Notes under the pieces: generated by a model | Told to the model about the DNA's origin: nothing | What the model saw: the letters and a program-made list of their open reading frames with translations, nothing else | The model's database searches: none | Made by a program: the position numbers and the translations under genes | In this document: positions 1 through 9,036 of the stretch, in pieces | Layout of the letters: each line of letters opens with the position of its first letter | Numbering within the stretch: position 1 is the first letter of the stretch | DNA from: Escherichia phage 590B | Reading direction: 5' to 3' (one strand) | Sequence record: MW722821.1 | Length of the DNA: 44,390 nucleotides

Positions 1-544
1 CCTGACGGCGGGGACTGTCTATTACGCCTATGACCGCAGGAAAAACAGCAGCCGCGAAACAATAAAACCAGGCGAGACTCTGTATATCGGGCAGGACTTT
101 AACGTAGGCCACATGGCTAGTACAGTTTACGTGCAACGTGGCAAAGTCTGGCATGCAGTCGCCGAGTTGGTGGATATGTTCGATACGCCCGATGTGGTGA
201 GAGCCGTAACAGAGCGCTGGAAAAGTAAGGGCCACTATATCGTTATGTACCCCGACGCAAGCGGTAAAAACCGTAAAAGTAACAACGCCAGCACATCTGA
301 TATTGCCCAGTTACAGCAGGCCGGCTTCGAAGTGCGCGCTAAATCGACAAACCCACCGGTTAAAGACCGCGTAGCGGCGATGAATAAGGCGCTTGAATCT
401 GGTATGGTCATGATTAATGAGCAGGCTTGCCCGGTTACCGCACGATGCCTGGAGCAACAGGCTTACGACAAGAACGGCGAACCGGATAAATCAGGCGGTG
501 TGGACCACCAGAATGATGGAACCACATACCCTATCGCGTATGAA
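1..544. repeat. 544-bp terminal direct repeat (exact copy of 43847-44390)
   Basis: Base-by-base identity of window start and end, checked at both ends of the interval. Confidence 0.85.
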
Positions 545-595
545 ATGCCGATTCGCAAACCAGTTATTAACGTCCCGGTGACTTTCGCACTTTAA
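1..595 (+). CDS. terL: terminase large subunit, C-terminal portion (continuation of the ORF starting at 43170)
   Basis: Frame open from base 1 to stop at 593-595; bases 1-544 identical to 43847-44390 and in frame with the 43170 ORF, whose N-terminus carries a Walker A-like GFGTGKS. Confidence 0.7.
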   Translation, partial: LTAGTVYYAYDRRKNSSRETIKPGETLYIGQDFNVGHMASTVYVQRGKVWHAVAELVDMFDTPDVVRAVTERWKSKGHYIVMYPDASGKNRKSNNASTSDIAQLQQAGFEVRAKSTNPPVKDRVAAMNKALESGMVMINEQACPVTARCLEQQAYDKNGEPDKSGGVDHQNDGTTYPIAYEMPIRKPVINVPVTFAL

Positions 596-607
596 GAGGA
601 TTATTCA

Positions 608-2089
608 ATGTTAACTATGAACGGTCAGAATCAGGGTGTTAAGACAAAACACCGGGAATGGCTGCATCACTTCGATAAATGGCAGAAGGTACGCCACGCT
701 CTTGAAGGTGACCTTATCCGCTATCTGCGCAACGTCGGGAAGAACGAGCCTGACCAGACCTACGCAGCACAGCGACAGGAAGAATACGAGAACGGCGCTA
801 TCTGCTACAATTTCACCAAACGCACGCTGGCGGGGATGACGGGGTCAGTGATGCGCAAAGACCCTGAGCAGATTATCCCGCCTGAACTTGAGTACCTGTT
901 GCACAACGCTGACGGTTCAGGTGTCGGGCTGTGGCAGCACGCGCAGGATACGCTGATGGAGATTAACTCGATAGGCCGTGGCGGGTTGCTGGTGGACGCC
1001 CCGGAAACAGCCGCAGCAACGGCGGCAGAGCAGAACGCGGGATTATTAAACCCGGTAATCGCATTCTATACCGCGGAGAACATTATCAACTGGAGACTCA
1101 CCCGCATCGGTTCAGTGAACCGCGTGACGATGGTTGTATTGCGTGAGGCATGGGAATACTCGGAACCAGGCGCTGAGTTTGAAACAAAATTCGGCGAGCA
1201 ATACCGCGTCCTTGACCTGATTGACGGTCGCTACCGCCAGCGCATCTACCGCTTCGATGCCGAAGGTGGTGCACAGGATGAAGTAATCGAAATCTTCCCG
1301 GAACTCGGCGAACAGTTGCGCGGTAAAATCCCGTTCACGTTCATTGGCGCAAGCAACAACGACGCCACTATAGACGATGCGCCTTTACTGCCGTTAGCTG
1401 AGCTAAATATAGGACACTTCAGAAATTCGGCCGATGTGGAAGAGGCCAGCTTTATAGTAGGTCAACCGACACTGTTCATTGCCCCCGGCGAGAACATGAG
1501 CATGGAGCAGTGGAAAGAAGCCAACCCACACGGCATACGCATGGGGTCGCGTTCAGGCCACAACATCGGCTCCGGCGGAAATGCGTTTCTGGTTCAGGCG
1601 GCGGAAACTAACCTCGCCAAACAGAATATGCTGGATAAAGAGAATCAGGCCATCCAGATTGGCGCGCAGCTTATCACCCCGACGCAGCAAATCACCGCGG
1701 AATCGGCCCGCCTGCAACGCGGCGCCGACACGTCAGTCATGGCAACAATAGCACGTAATGTAAGCATGGCGTATACCGATGCGTTGCGCTGGGTTGCGGG
1801 TATGCTTGGGCTTAGTGAAGATACTGAGATTGAGTTCAAGCTGAATATGGAATTCTTCCTGCAACCTATGACAGCTCAGGACCGTGCTCAGTGGATGGCG
1901 GATATTAACGCTGGCCTGCTACCCGCCACCGCTTACTATGCTGCGTTGCGCAAGGCAGGTGTGACTGACTGGACAGATGAGGACATTCAGAACGCTATTG
2001 AAGACGCACCTCTGCCGTTGGGTTCTGTTGCTCAGGTAGCGGGAGAGATTCCGCAGTCGGCGCAGCAACAGGACACCACTCAGCAGTAA
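608..2089 (+). CDS. portal protein
   Basis: 493-aa ORF directly after terminase; ATG 608 preceded by AAGAGGA; size, position and acidic C-terminus typical of portals. Family recalled, not searched. Confidence 0.65.
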   Translation: MLTMNGQNQGVKTKHREWLHHFDKWQKVRHALEGDLIRYLRNVGKNEPDQTYAAQRQEEYENGAICYNFTKRTLAGMTGSVMRKDPEQIIPPELEYLLHNADGSGVGLWQHAQDTLMEINSIGRGGLLVDAPETAAATAAEQNAGLLNPVIAFYTAENIINWRLTRIGSVNRVTMVVLREAWEYSEPGAEFETKFGEQYRVLDLIDGRYRQRIYRFDAEGGAQDEVIEIFPELGEQLRGKIPFTFIGASNNDATIDDAPLLPLAELNIGHFRNSADVEEASFIVGQPTLFIAPGENMSMEQWKEANPHGIRMGSRSGHNIGSGGNAFLVQAAETNLAKQNMLDKENQAIQIGAQLITPTQQITAESARLQRGADTSVMATIARNVSMAYTDALRWVAGMLGLSEDTEIEFKLNMEFFLQPMTAQDRAQWMADINAGLLPATAYYAALRKAGVTDWTDEDIQNAIEDAPLPLGSVAQVAGEIPQSAQQQDTTQQ

Positions 2090-2099
2090 GTTCACCTAT

Positions 2100-2120
2100 A
2101 GCCCCGAAAGGGGCTTTCTT
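2100..2120 (+). terminator. weak hairpin terminator / attenuator
   Basis: AGCCCC-GAAA-GGGGCT followed by TTCTT, between portal and head morphogenesis genes. Confidence 0.3.
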
Positions 2121-2158
2121 ATAGTATGCTATTAACTTTAGCGCCACAGGGTTGATCT

Positions 2159-3202
2159 ATGAGCTTACTTACATCCCTCATCAGCCATCAGATATGGCTG
2201 CAACGCACCGCATCCGGTGAGGTGAAAGACCTCACACCGTTCATTCAGGAGATGCGGGATGAAATCAAACGGCAGGTGCTGTTATTCGGCGACGACGGGC
2301 GAAGCACTGCGCGGCTGAATAAACTGTTACGGGACCTTGAAGAAGCACTGACAGGGATTACGGGCGACTGGCAGACAAAGCTGACAGACGACCTTAAGGA
2401 ACTGGCGGCGTACGAGGCTGAGTGGAACGTAAAGACACTGACCGCCAACGTAGACGCGGAATTTGTTACACCTACCGCTGAACAGGTGTGGGCTGCTGCC
2501 GAGTTTCAGCCATTATCGTTGAGTGACAAGCCCGTTGATTTCACTAAGCTGATGGACGGCTGGGGTGAAACGGAAGTAGCACGTCTTGTAACCGGCGTTA
2601 AGATGGGCTTTGTACAAGGCCAGACAACACGGCAGATTGTTAAGAATGTCGTAGGCGCGGGCGGGCTGGCTGACATCTCAGAACGTAACGCAGCTACAGT
2701 AATACGCACCGCGCTGTCTCACGTATCCAACGAAGCCCGCAACGAGACATACCGCCAGAACGACGACATCATCGAGAAATATGAATGGGTGTCTACGCTG
2801 GATAGCCGTACCAGCGCTATTTGCAGGGCCAGAGACGGAATGACGTGGGAAATCGGTAAAGGGCCGACACCCCCAGCCCATCCGAATTGTCGGTCGTGCA
2901 CGGCTCCGGTAATCAGTTCAGAGTTCGACTTCCTCGATAAAGGCGCAAAACGGGCGGCTAAGGGCGCTGACGGCGGCACTCAGGTAAGCGCGGACACAAC
3001 ATATTACGAGTTCCTGAAACAACAACCAGCATGGTTTCAGGACCAGGCGCTCGGCCCGGTGCGAGGTAAGATTTTCCGTAACAGCGGTATATCGCCGGAA
3101 GAGTTTCGCGTAATATCTGTAGATGGTTTCGGGAATCCGCTCACGCTTAAGCAGATGGCGGAACTCGATAAACGTGTTGCTGATTATCTGAAAGGGGAAT
3201 AA
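2159..3202 (+). CDS. head morphogenesis / minor head protein (SPP1 gp7 / Mu F-like)
   Basis: 347-aa ORF immediately after portal, the usual place for this family; stop overlaps next start (TAATG). Confidence 0.5.
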   Translation: MSLLTSLISHQIWLQRTASGEVKDLTPFIQEMRDEIKRQVLLFGDDGRSTARLNKLLRDLEEALTGITGDWQTKLTDDLKELAAYEAEWNVKTLTANVDAEFVTPTAEQVWAAAEFQPLSLSDKPVDFTKLMDGWGETEVARLVTGVKMGFVQGQTTRQIVKNVVGAGGLADISERNAATVIRTALSHVSNEARNETYRQNDDIIEKYEWVSTLDSRTSAICRARDGMTWEIGKGPTPPAHPNCRSCTAPVISSEFDFLDKGAKRAAKGADGGTQVSADTTYYEFLKQQPAWFQDQALGPVRGKIFRNSGISPEEFRVISVDGFGNPLTLKQMAELDKRVADYLKGE

Positions 3203-3663
3203 TGATGGGCTTTTTCAAAGTAACTGACGTACCGTCTCGTCGCGTAGTCCAGTACGCCCGCGTGTCTGGCTCTGGCGAGAACGTGGTATTTATTGAGGAC
3301 GAAAGTGTACTCGGTACACCGGTAGATGATATGCCGTTTGCAGATAAAACCGGTATTGCGTTGCCCGCCGCCGGTATGCTTTATGAAATTCCGTATCTGG
3401 CGGACGCTGGCGACGTGTATTTCTCTGCGCAACCGCAGGACGCTGAACTGGCGGGCGGCAGCGCAACCATCACTGTCGAGGTTAAGGCAGGCAAAGCGCC
3501 GTATTCTCTGACCTGGTACAAAGACGGTAAGGAAGTGGTGAATGCGCCTGAGGAGGCTCTGTCTCTGACGGTTAATGCGGTCGGCGAATACTTCGTTAAA
3601 GTTACTGATGCCGATGGAGTAGAGGCGGTAAGCAAAGCGGCGAAGGTTACTAAGCCAGAATGA
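3202..3663 (+). CDS. hypothetical head-module protein with C-terminal Ig-like domain
   Basis: C-terminal segment PYSLTWYKDGKEV...GEYFVKVTD resembles Ig-like (I-set/Big-type) domains of phage decoration proteins; followed by a hairpin terminator. Confidence 0.5.
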   Translation: MMGFFKVTDVPSRRVVQYARVSGSGENVVFIEDESVLGTPVDDMPFADKTGIALPAAGMLYEIPYLADAGDVYFSAQPQDAELAGGSATITVEVKAGKAPYSLTWYKDGKEVVNAPEEALSLTVNAVGEYFVKVTDADGVEAVSKAAKVTKPE

Positions 3664-3666
3664 TAA

Positions 3667-3693
3667 AAGGCCCCATTATGGGGCCTTAGTTTT
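3667..3693. terminator. bidirectional rho-independent terminator
   Basis: 8-bp GC stem AGGCCCCA/TGGGGCCT with T-runs on both strands, between convergent genes. Confidence 0.6.
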
Positions 3694-3896
3694 CAACGGA
3701 ATCTTGTGTTTAAATCCTGCTCATGGACAACCCTCAGAACAGTGTCATAATCCCCGTATCTTCCAGGTTCAAATATATCTAATGCCTTGTAAGCAGACAT
3801 TGCGTCAGGGAAAACCTGCAGAACCTTTTTAACCCGGCACAAGTCACCGTCGAACTCTTCATCGAACTCTTGAACTACTTCGCAAATTGCATACAT
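3693..3896 (-). CDS. hypothetical small acidic protein (opposite-strand moron)
   Basis: 67-aa ORF with perfect SD (AGGAGGTG), own sigma70-like promoter at 3921-3952 and bidirectional terminator at 3667-3693. Confidence 0.6.
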   Translation of the reverse strand: MYAICEVVQEFDEEFDGDLCRVKKVLQVFPDAMSAYKALDIFEPGRYGDYDTVLRVVHEQDLNTRFR

Positions 3897-3920
3897 TTTT
3901 CACCTCCTGTTTAAGTTAAC

Positions 3921-3952
3921 TGAATAGTACCCTATTATATTGGGGTGTGCAA
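3921..3952 (-). promoter_or_regulatory. sigma70-type promoter (TTGCAC-N17-TACTAT), family A
   Basis: -35 at 3947-3952 and -10 at 3924-3929 read on minus strand; 32-bp element identical to 13403-13434; 28 nt upstream of gene 3693-3896. Confidence 0.6.
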
Positions 3953-4225
3953 ACTATTTATTTACGTATTCCAGTTATTCCTCCGAATTGTAAATGTTGG
4001 AATAAACTATTCGAATAGTTGACTTTTCACTAAAAATATGATAAGCTCCACCTGAGCTTGTGAAGTATGAACAAGCGACCGCGGCGCGGGCAGGTAACGG
4101 AGCGGGACGTAAGTCCTGAGTGTAGTTACGCTGACGCGTTCGGAAGGGCCATACCCTATTGCTTGTGTAAAAAGTAACTGGTTTACTGAGATTACGCCGT
4201 TTCTATGTTTAAATGATAAGGACTA

Positions 4226-4252
4226 GCGCCCCGCTTTATGGCGGGGCTTTAC
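4226..4252 (+). terminator. rho-independent terminator
   Basis: GCCCCGC-TTTATG-GCGGGGC then TTTACTT; 20 nt upstream of i-spanin start. Confidence 0.5.
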
Positions 4253-4271
4253 TTATCGAGAAAGGGGAAAC

Positions 4272-4658
4272 ATGAATCTTAAAGCAACTGTCGTAGCAGG
4301 AGCATGTTTCATCATCCTGGTTTACGCACACGGCATCTACCAGTATCGCAGCGGATGGAACGAAGGCCGGGCTAATCTCGTTTCGCAGCAACAGCAGAAA
4401 GCACAGGCTGAGTTAGCGAAGAAAACACAACGGCAGCAGCAGGATGAATCGAAGGCCGCCGCCGCTGACAACGAAGGCAAGACGAAATCAGAGGTGATTA
4501 CCCGTGAAGTCGTTAAGTACATTAAAACGCCTGGTCGCAGCGTGTGCACTTTTGACCCTGAGCGCGTGCAGCTCAAGTCCCGCGCCGTCGCCAACGCCAA
4601 TTCCATCTCCGGATACGACGATGATGCAGCCGCCGTGCAAGCTGGCGCCACCAAGTAG
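4272..4658 (+). CDS. i-spanin (Rz-like inner-membrane spanin)
   Basis: N-terminal transmembrane helix followed by Gln/Ala/Lys-rich coiled-coil; contains an overlapping +1-frame lipoprotein gene (classic Rz/Rz1 arrangement). Confidence 0.65.
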   Translation: MNLKATVVAGACFIILVYAHGIYQYRSGWNEGRANLVSQQQQKAQAELAKKTQRQQQDESKAAAADNEGKTKSEVITREVVKYIKTPGRSVCTFDPERVQLKSRAVANANSISGYDDDAAAVQAGATK

Positions 4659-4767
4659 TGACGCGGACGAGGATTTAGCTATCGACGTTCAGAACGCCGA
4701 ATGCGTACGGCAACTGAGACTGAAAGTGTTCATGTTGCAGGATTACGTGAGGAATATTCTGGAATAG
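4504..4767 (+). CDS. o-spanin (Rz1-like outer-membrane lipoprotein)
   Basis: GTG start with GAGGTG SD; signal peptide ending in lipobox LTLSAC; proline-rich mature region; +1 frame overlapping the i-spanin 3' half and extending past its stop. Confidence 0.65.
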   Translation: MKSLSTLKRLVAACALLTLSACSSSPAPSPTPIPSPDTTMMQPPCKLAPPSSDADEDLAIDVQNAECVRQLRLKVFMLQDYVRNILE

Positions 4768-4849
4768 TTGCCTTGCATGTTGGAATAATTTATTCTTGAC
4801 ATGTAAATCCGGGTGGCCCGGATTCCAACGTCCAGGGGACATACTGACT

Positions 4850-5551
4850 ATGAATCGTTTTTTACGTTATCCGTTCCAGGAAGAAGCTGGAGCAGAAGAT
4901 AAAGCTGGTGGCGGTGACGCTCCTAAAATGTTCACCGCTGAAGAAGTTCAGGCGCTGATTGAGAAAGAAGTTGCCGGGCTTAAGGCCAATCAGGAAGCAT
5001 TGCTGGCGGAGAAGAAAGAAGCCGCCCGTAAAGCAAAAGAGGCCGAAGAAGAACGGCAGCGTGCGCACCAGGAGGCGTTAAAGGCCGCCGGTAAGATGGA
5101 CGAGTTTGAAAAGACGATTCGTAGCCAGTATGACCCGGTGTTAGCCGAGAAAGATGGCCGCATCTCCAGAATGGCAGAGCGCATCCTCGGCAGCGAACGT
5201 AAAGCGGTGCTAGGCTCTTTCGCGGGTGACTTTATTACCCCGGAAGCAGTGGACATCCTTGCGCCGTTCGTTAAGACTGAGTTCGAAGGTGATGATGTGG
5301 TTACTAAGTTTGTCGGCGCAGACGGTAACGTAATCACGACTGACCCGGAACAGTTCCGCAAATACCTGCGCGAACACAAGGCGTTTTCGCATTTGATCAA
5401 AGCAAATGCAGCTTCCGGCGGCGGGGCTTCCGGTAGCAAAGGCGGCGGGGCCGCACCAGCGTTTAAAGACATGAGTGAAGCAGAGCGTTTAGCCCTGTAT
5501 AAATCGAACCCTGCCGAATTTGAACGGCAACTTAAAGCCCTGAGGAAATAA
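4850..5551 (+). CDS. scaffolding protein
   Basis: Ala/Glu/Lys-rich predicted coiled-coil protein immediately upstream of the major capsid gene; ATG 4850 chosen over the track's upstream alternative start. Confidence 0.55.
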   Translation: MNRFLRYPFQEEAGAEDKAGGGDAPKMFTAEEVQALIEKEVAGLKANQEALLAEKKEAARKAKEAEEERQRAHQEALKAAGKMDEFEKTIRSQYDPVLAEKDGRISRMAERILGSERKAVLGSFAGDFITPEAVDILAPFVKTEFEGDDVVTKFVGADGNVITTDPEQFRKYLREHKAFSHLIKANAASGGGASGSKGGGAAPAFKDMSEAERLALYKSNPAEFERQLKALRK

Positions 5552-5553
5552 TA

Positions 5554-6603
5554 ATGGCAATTACCACTATCGGCGATATCGTAACTGGCAACATCCCGGT
5601 CCTGGCGTCTTATATGACCGAGGACCCGGTAGAAAAAACCGCGTTCTTCCAGTCTGGTATTCTGACCCCGACCCCGTACGCTGCCGAGATTGCCCGCGGC
5701 CCGTCCAACGTCGCTAATATTCCTTTCTGGAAAGCGATTGATACCTCTATCGAGCCGAACTACTCGAACGACGTATACCAGGACATCGCCACCCCGCGTA
5801 ACGTGCAGACCGGCGAGATGATGGCGCGCGTTGCGTACCTGAACGAAGGTTTCGGTCAGGCGGATTTGACCGTTGAACTGACCAGCCAGAACCCGCTGCA
5901 ATCCGTAGCGTCACGTCTGGATAACTTCTGGCAGCGTCAGGCACAACGCCGTCTGATTGCTACCGCGCTCGGGCTGTACAATGACAACGTAGCCGCTACC
6001 GACGCATACCACGAGCAGAATGACATGGTAATCGACGTGTCTGCTACTCTGGGCTTCGATGCGGGCGCGTTCATCGACGCTACCCAGACTATGGGCGATG
6101 CTCTGATGGGCAACGGCGGTGAAGTGCTGGGGGCTATCGCGATGCATAGCTTCGTTTATGCGCAGGCACGTAAGCAGCAGCTTATCGACTTCATCCGTGA
6201 CGCGGACAACAACACCATGTTCGCCACCTACCAGGGCTACCGCGTGATTGTTGACGACAGCATGACCGTAGTCGGCACTGGCCCGACCCGTAAGTTCATC
6301 TCCATCATCTTCGGCAACGGCGCTATCGGTTACGGTGAAGGTTCTCCGTCCAACCCGCTGGAATACGAGCGCGAAGCGTCCCGCGGCAACGGCGGCGGCG
6401 TTGAAACCCTGTGGACCCGTAAGACCTGGTTGCTACATCCGTTTGGTTACAGCTTCACCAGTGCAGTAATCACTGGCAACGGCACCGAGACTACCCCGCG
6501 CTCTGCTTCCTGGCAGGACCTGGCGAACGCCTCCAACTGGAACCGTGTGGTTGACCGCAAGCACGTACCGATTGCCTTCCTGGTAACTGGTGTCGGTGCT
6601 TAA
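5554..6603 (+). CDS. major capsid protein
   Basis: 349-aa ORF after scaffold gene with GAGGAAA SD; size and position typical of an HK97-fold capsid protein; followed by a strong terminator. Confidence 0.65.
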   Translation: MAITTIGDIVTGNIPVLASYMTEDPVEKTAFFQSGILTPTPYAAEIARGPSNVANIPFWKAIDTSIEPNYSNDVYQDIATPRNVQTGEMMARVAYLNEGFGQADLTVELTSQNPLQSVASRLDNFWQRQAQRRLIATALGLYNDNVAATDAYHEQNDMVIDVSATLGFDAGAFIDATQTMGDALMGNGGEVLGAIAMHSFVYAQARKQQLIDFIRDADNNTMFATYQGYRVIVDDSMTVVGTGPTRKFISIIFGNGAIGYGEGSPSNPLEYEREASRGNGGGVETLWTRKTWLLHPFGYSFTSAVITGNGTETTPRSASWQDLANASNWNRVVDRKHVPIAFLVTGVGA

Positions 6604-6617
6604 GGTTAAGCTATAAT

Positions 6618-6645
6618 CGAGAGGGACTTCGGTCCCTCTTTTCAT
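6618..6645 (+). terminator. rho-independent terminator after major capsid gene
   Basis: GAGGGAC-TTCG-GTCCCTC followed by TTTTCATTT. Confidence 0.6.
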
Positions 6646-6662
6646 TTACTAAGAGGTAAATT

Positions 6663-6962
6663 ATGGCTAAGACCGGAAAAGGCTTGCCGCGCAGCCTTCA
6701 GAATGTCGACTTCGGCGACTTTGATATCCCAGTCACGCCTGCTACTACCAGCGTAGTTGGTGGGGTTAAAAAGTCAGCTACTGTAGCTGCTCCCACGGCC
6801 ATTACTGCCGCTGCCGGAGTTCAGGCCGCCGCAGACCCGACTAAGGTAGAGTTTAATGCGCTTGTAGCGGAGTACAACAAACTTCGAACCGATGTTACCG
6901 CGCTGCGCACTACCGTAGCAAATCTGTTAACCGCGCTTAAAAACGCAGGAACTGTAAGCTAA
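6663..6962 (+). CDS. hypothetical head-module protein
   Basis: 99-aa Ala/Thr-rich ORF with AAGAGG SD between capsid gene and an Ig-like protein gene. Confidence 0.45.
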   Translation: MAKTGKGLPRSLQNVDFGDFDIPVTPATTSVVGGVKKSATVAAPTAITAAAGVQAAADPTKVEFNALVAEYNKLRTDVTALRTTVANLLTALKNAGTVS

Positions 6963-6974
6963 AGGAGCTTAAAA

Positions 6975-7328
6975 ATGGTTGATGTAATTAAACGTCGCAT
7001 TACTGGCGTCTCTGACGACTCCCCGGCCGATGGTCAGGTAGAAATCGACATGGCAGATATCTCACCAGCATCTTTTTCTACCCCACTCAATGCCACCACC
7101 ACTGTTAGTACACCCGCCGCATTGACGCTTACCGTTGAGGCAACTGGCGGGATGGCCCCTTATTCCTACCAGTGGTTCAAGGATAACAACGCCATTGCAG
7201 GCGCTACCTCAGCTACGTACACCAAAGCCACCACTGTCGCGTCTGTCGATTCAGGCACGTATAAAGTGGTTGTTCACGATGCATATGGTAATATTATCTC
7301 CAGCAGCACTGTAGCAACTGTGTCTTAA
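6975..7328 (+). CDS. Ig-like domain protein (possible capsid decoration)
   Basis: Motif PYSYQWFKDNNAI...GTYKVVVHD parallels the Ig-like segment of the 3202-3663 product; AAAGGAG SD. Confidence 0.5.
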   Translation: MVDVIKRRITGVSDDSPADGQVEIDMADISPASFSTPLNATTTVSTPAALTLTVEATGGMAPYSYQWFKDNNAIAGATSATYTKATTVASVDSGTYKVVVHDAYGNIISSSTVATVS

Positions 7329-7364
7329 TACAACGGCCCTTCGGGGCCGTAATAAGGAAAGGTC

Positions 7365-7544
7365 ATGGCAGATAATTATGTAATCCGCGAAAAGTACACC
7401 CACGTTGATGTTGTTGACGGTCAGGTGATGCCTGTTCGCGGTGCGGTAGAAGCGGAAGAACTGGTTGCAACACAACCGGACAACGAAGAAGCGCACAACA
7501 ACGGTGGTGGTACTAAGCGACGTCGCCGTAAGTCAGAGGAATAA
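7365..7544 (+). CDS. hypothetical small protein with basic C-terminus
   Basis: 59-aa ORF below the ORF-track cutoff; ATG 7365 preceded by AAGGAAAGG; C-terminus GGGTKRRRRKSEE; stop 4 nt before next gene. Confidence 0.4.
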   Translation: MADNYVIREKYTHVDVVDGQVMPVRGAVEAEELVATQPDNEEAHNNGGGTKRRRRKSEE

Positions 7545-7547
7545 TTT

Positions 7548-8060
7548 ATGCCGCTAATCGTGGAAGATGGGTCGATAGTACCTAACGCTGACAGTTACGT
7601 TAGTCTGGCTGACGCCCGCGCGTTAGCGGCTAATTATGGCCTGGAGCTACCGGAAGACGATACTGCCACCGAAGTAGCCTTGCGCAACGGCGCTACTTAT
7701 GTCGGGCTTGCAGAACCGCAGATGTGCGGCCGCCGTGTGTCCGCCGAGCAGTCCCTGGCGTACCCACGTACGGGAACAACACTAAACGGCTTCACCGTAG
7801 CTGATAATGTTATCCCACCGCAGTTAATCCGGGCGCAGGTAATCGCCGCTGTTACGTATGGAGCGGGCACTGATGTTCGGGCTAACTCCGATGGACGTTC
7901 CGTGCAGACCGAGCGTGTAGAGGGTGCGGTAACAGTTACCTACTTCAACAACGGCAACAGCGGGGCCACAACCGCGATTACCGCCGCTGACGACGCCTTA
8001 CGCCCGTTACTGTGTGGTGGTCTTAACAACGGCTTCTCATTTAATGTGTACCGGGGTTAA
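7548..8060 (+). CDS. head-tail connector / adaptor protein (putative)
   Basis: 170-aa ORF at the head-tail junction of the module; assignment by synteny. Confidence 0.4.
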   Translation: MPLIVEDGSIVPNADSYVSLADARALAANYGLELPEDDTATEVALRNGATYVGLAEPQMCGRRVSAEQSLAYPRTGTTLNGFTVADNVIPPQLIRAQVIAAVTYGAGTDVRANSDGRSVQTERVEGAVTVTYFNNGNSGATTAITAADDALRPLLCGGLNNGFSFNVYRG

Positions 8061-8062
8061 AA

Positions 8063-8677
8063 ATGGCGAAGACTAAATCAGAGATGTTTACTCTTATCGG
8101 CGCAAACCTCCCCGATAACACTACCGGGCTTATTACCCCAGCAGCGTTGCGCGAGGTAATGACACAGATGGCTGACTCACCTATTTACGCCACTCCAGGT
8201 GTTAAAGAGGTTGAAGTTCTCCGTGCCGCGTCTACGGTAACCCAAGCGCCTACCGCGGTAGATACGGCATTGCAGTTAACTTTCGGTGCAGCTCAGGGTA
8301 GTGCATCCGACCCGGTAATGATTAATGCTGCGGGGCTGGTTACATTCAACACCGCCGGTAACTACGCCGTTCGCATCAAGCTACAGGCAGGCCGCACAGG
8401 CGCCAGCGGAACGTCTATCCTGCTATCACGTATTTTAGTAAACGGCGCTCAGTACGGCTCACCAGCCGCCACGAAACTGGTAAGCGCGGACACCACAATC
8501 CCGATTGAATCTCGCGTTGTTATTAACCCAACAGCAGGCCTGACGTTTGCCGTTCAGATTATGTGGGATAGCGCCGGAAGCAACTTCGGCGGCATATACC
8601 CGCAAGCGGCTACCGTAACCGCATGGGGTACAGCACCATCCGCGCTACTGGTTATCTCGAGACTGGAGGCCGCCTGA
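8063..8677 (+). CDS. hypothetical structural protein
   Basis: 204-aa ORF in the neck region, tightly packed with neighbours. Confidence 0.45.
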   Translation: MAKTKSEMFTLIGANLPDNTTGLITPAALREVMTQMADSPIYATPGVKEVEVLRAASTVTQAPTAVDTALQLTFGAAQGSASDPVMINAAGLVTFNTAGNYAVRIKLQAGRTGASGTSILLSRILVNGAQYGSPAATKLVSADTTIPIESRVVINPTAGLTFAVQIMWDSAGSNFGGIYPQAATVTAWGTAPSALLVISRLEAA

Positions 8678-9036
8678 TGAGCACAGCTTTCAGCAAACGT
8701 ATGCAAGGCGTGGGCACGCGCCTGCTAACCAAATTTGGTAGCACGGTATCTCTGATTCGCGCCGGCTCGAAAGTATGGGATGAAGTTCTCGGCGAGTACG
8801 TCTGGTCCGCGGATGAAGTGTTGCCGTTGAAGGCCGTTCCGGTTCCTGTTAATGCGGGTCTGGTGAACGGTACGACGATTCAGGCCGGTGACGTGATTGT
8901 TAAAGCCGATTGCAGTGTCGTTCCGAAGATGGAAGACAAAGTGAAATTCGGCGGCGAGCAATGGTCTGTCGTAGCCATTGAGAAGAAGATGGTTAACGAT
9001 GGTGTCGTGGCATACTTTATTCAGGTGAGAAAATGA
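8677..9036 (+). CDS. head closure / head-tail joining protein (putative)
   Basis: ATG 8677 overlaps upstream stop (TGATG); 119 aa; neck position. Confidence 0.4.
   Translation: MSTAFSKRMQGVGTRLLTKFGSTVSLIRAGSKVWDEVLGEYVWSADEVLPLKAVPVPVNAGLVNGTTIQAGDVIVKADCSVVPKMEDKVKFGGEQWSVVAIEKKMVNDGVVAYFIQVRK

Noticed and set aside
4060-4225. Possible tRNA or structured RNA gene in the ORF-free stretch before the spanins
   Set aside because: No recognisable T-arm (GTTCGAATC-like) or cloverleaf pairing by eye; retained only as a possible untranslated leader in findings.
4796-4801. TTGACA hexamer upstream of the scaffold gene as a -35 element
   Set aside because: No acceptable -10 hexamer 16-18 bp downstream; the sequence there is a GC palindrome instead.
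4990-5901. 303-aa minus-strand ORF antisense to the scaffold and major capsid genes
   Set aside because: Lies entirely opposite two well-supported, tightly packed plus-strand genes; Arg/Ser/Gly-rich low-complexity translation typical of antisense frames; no SD or promoter.
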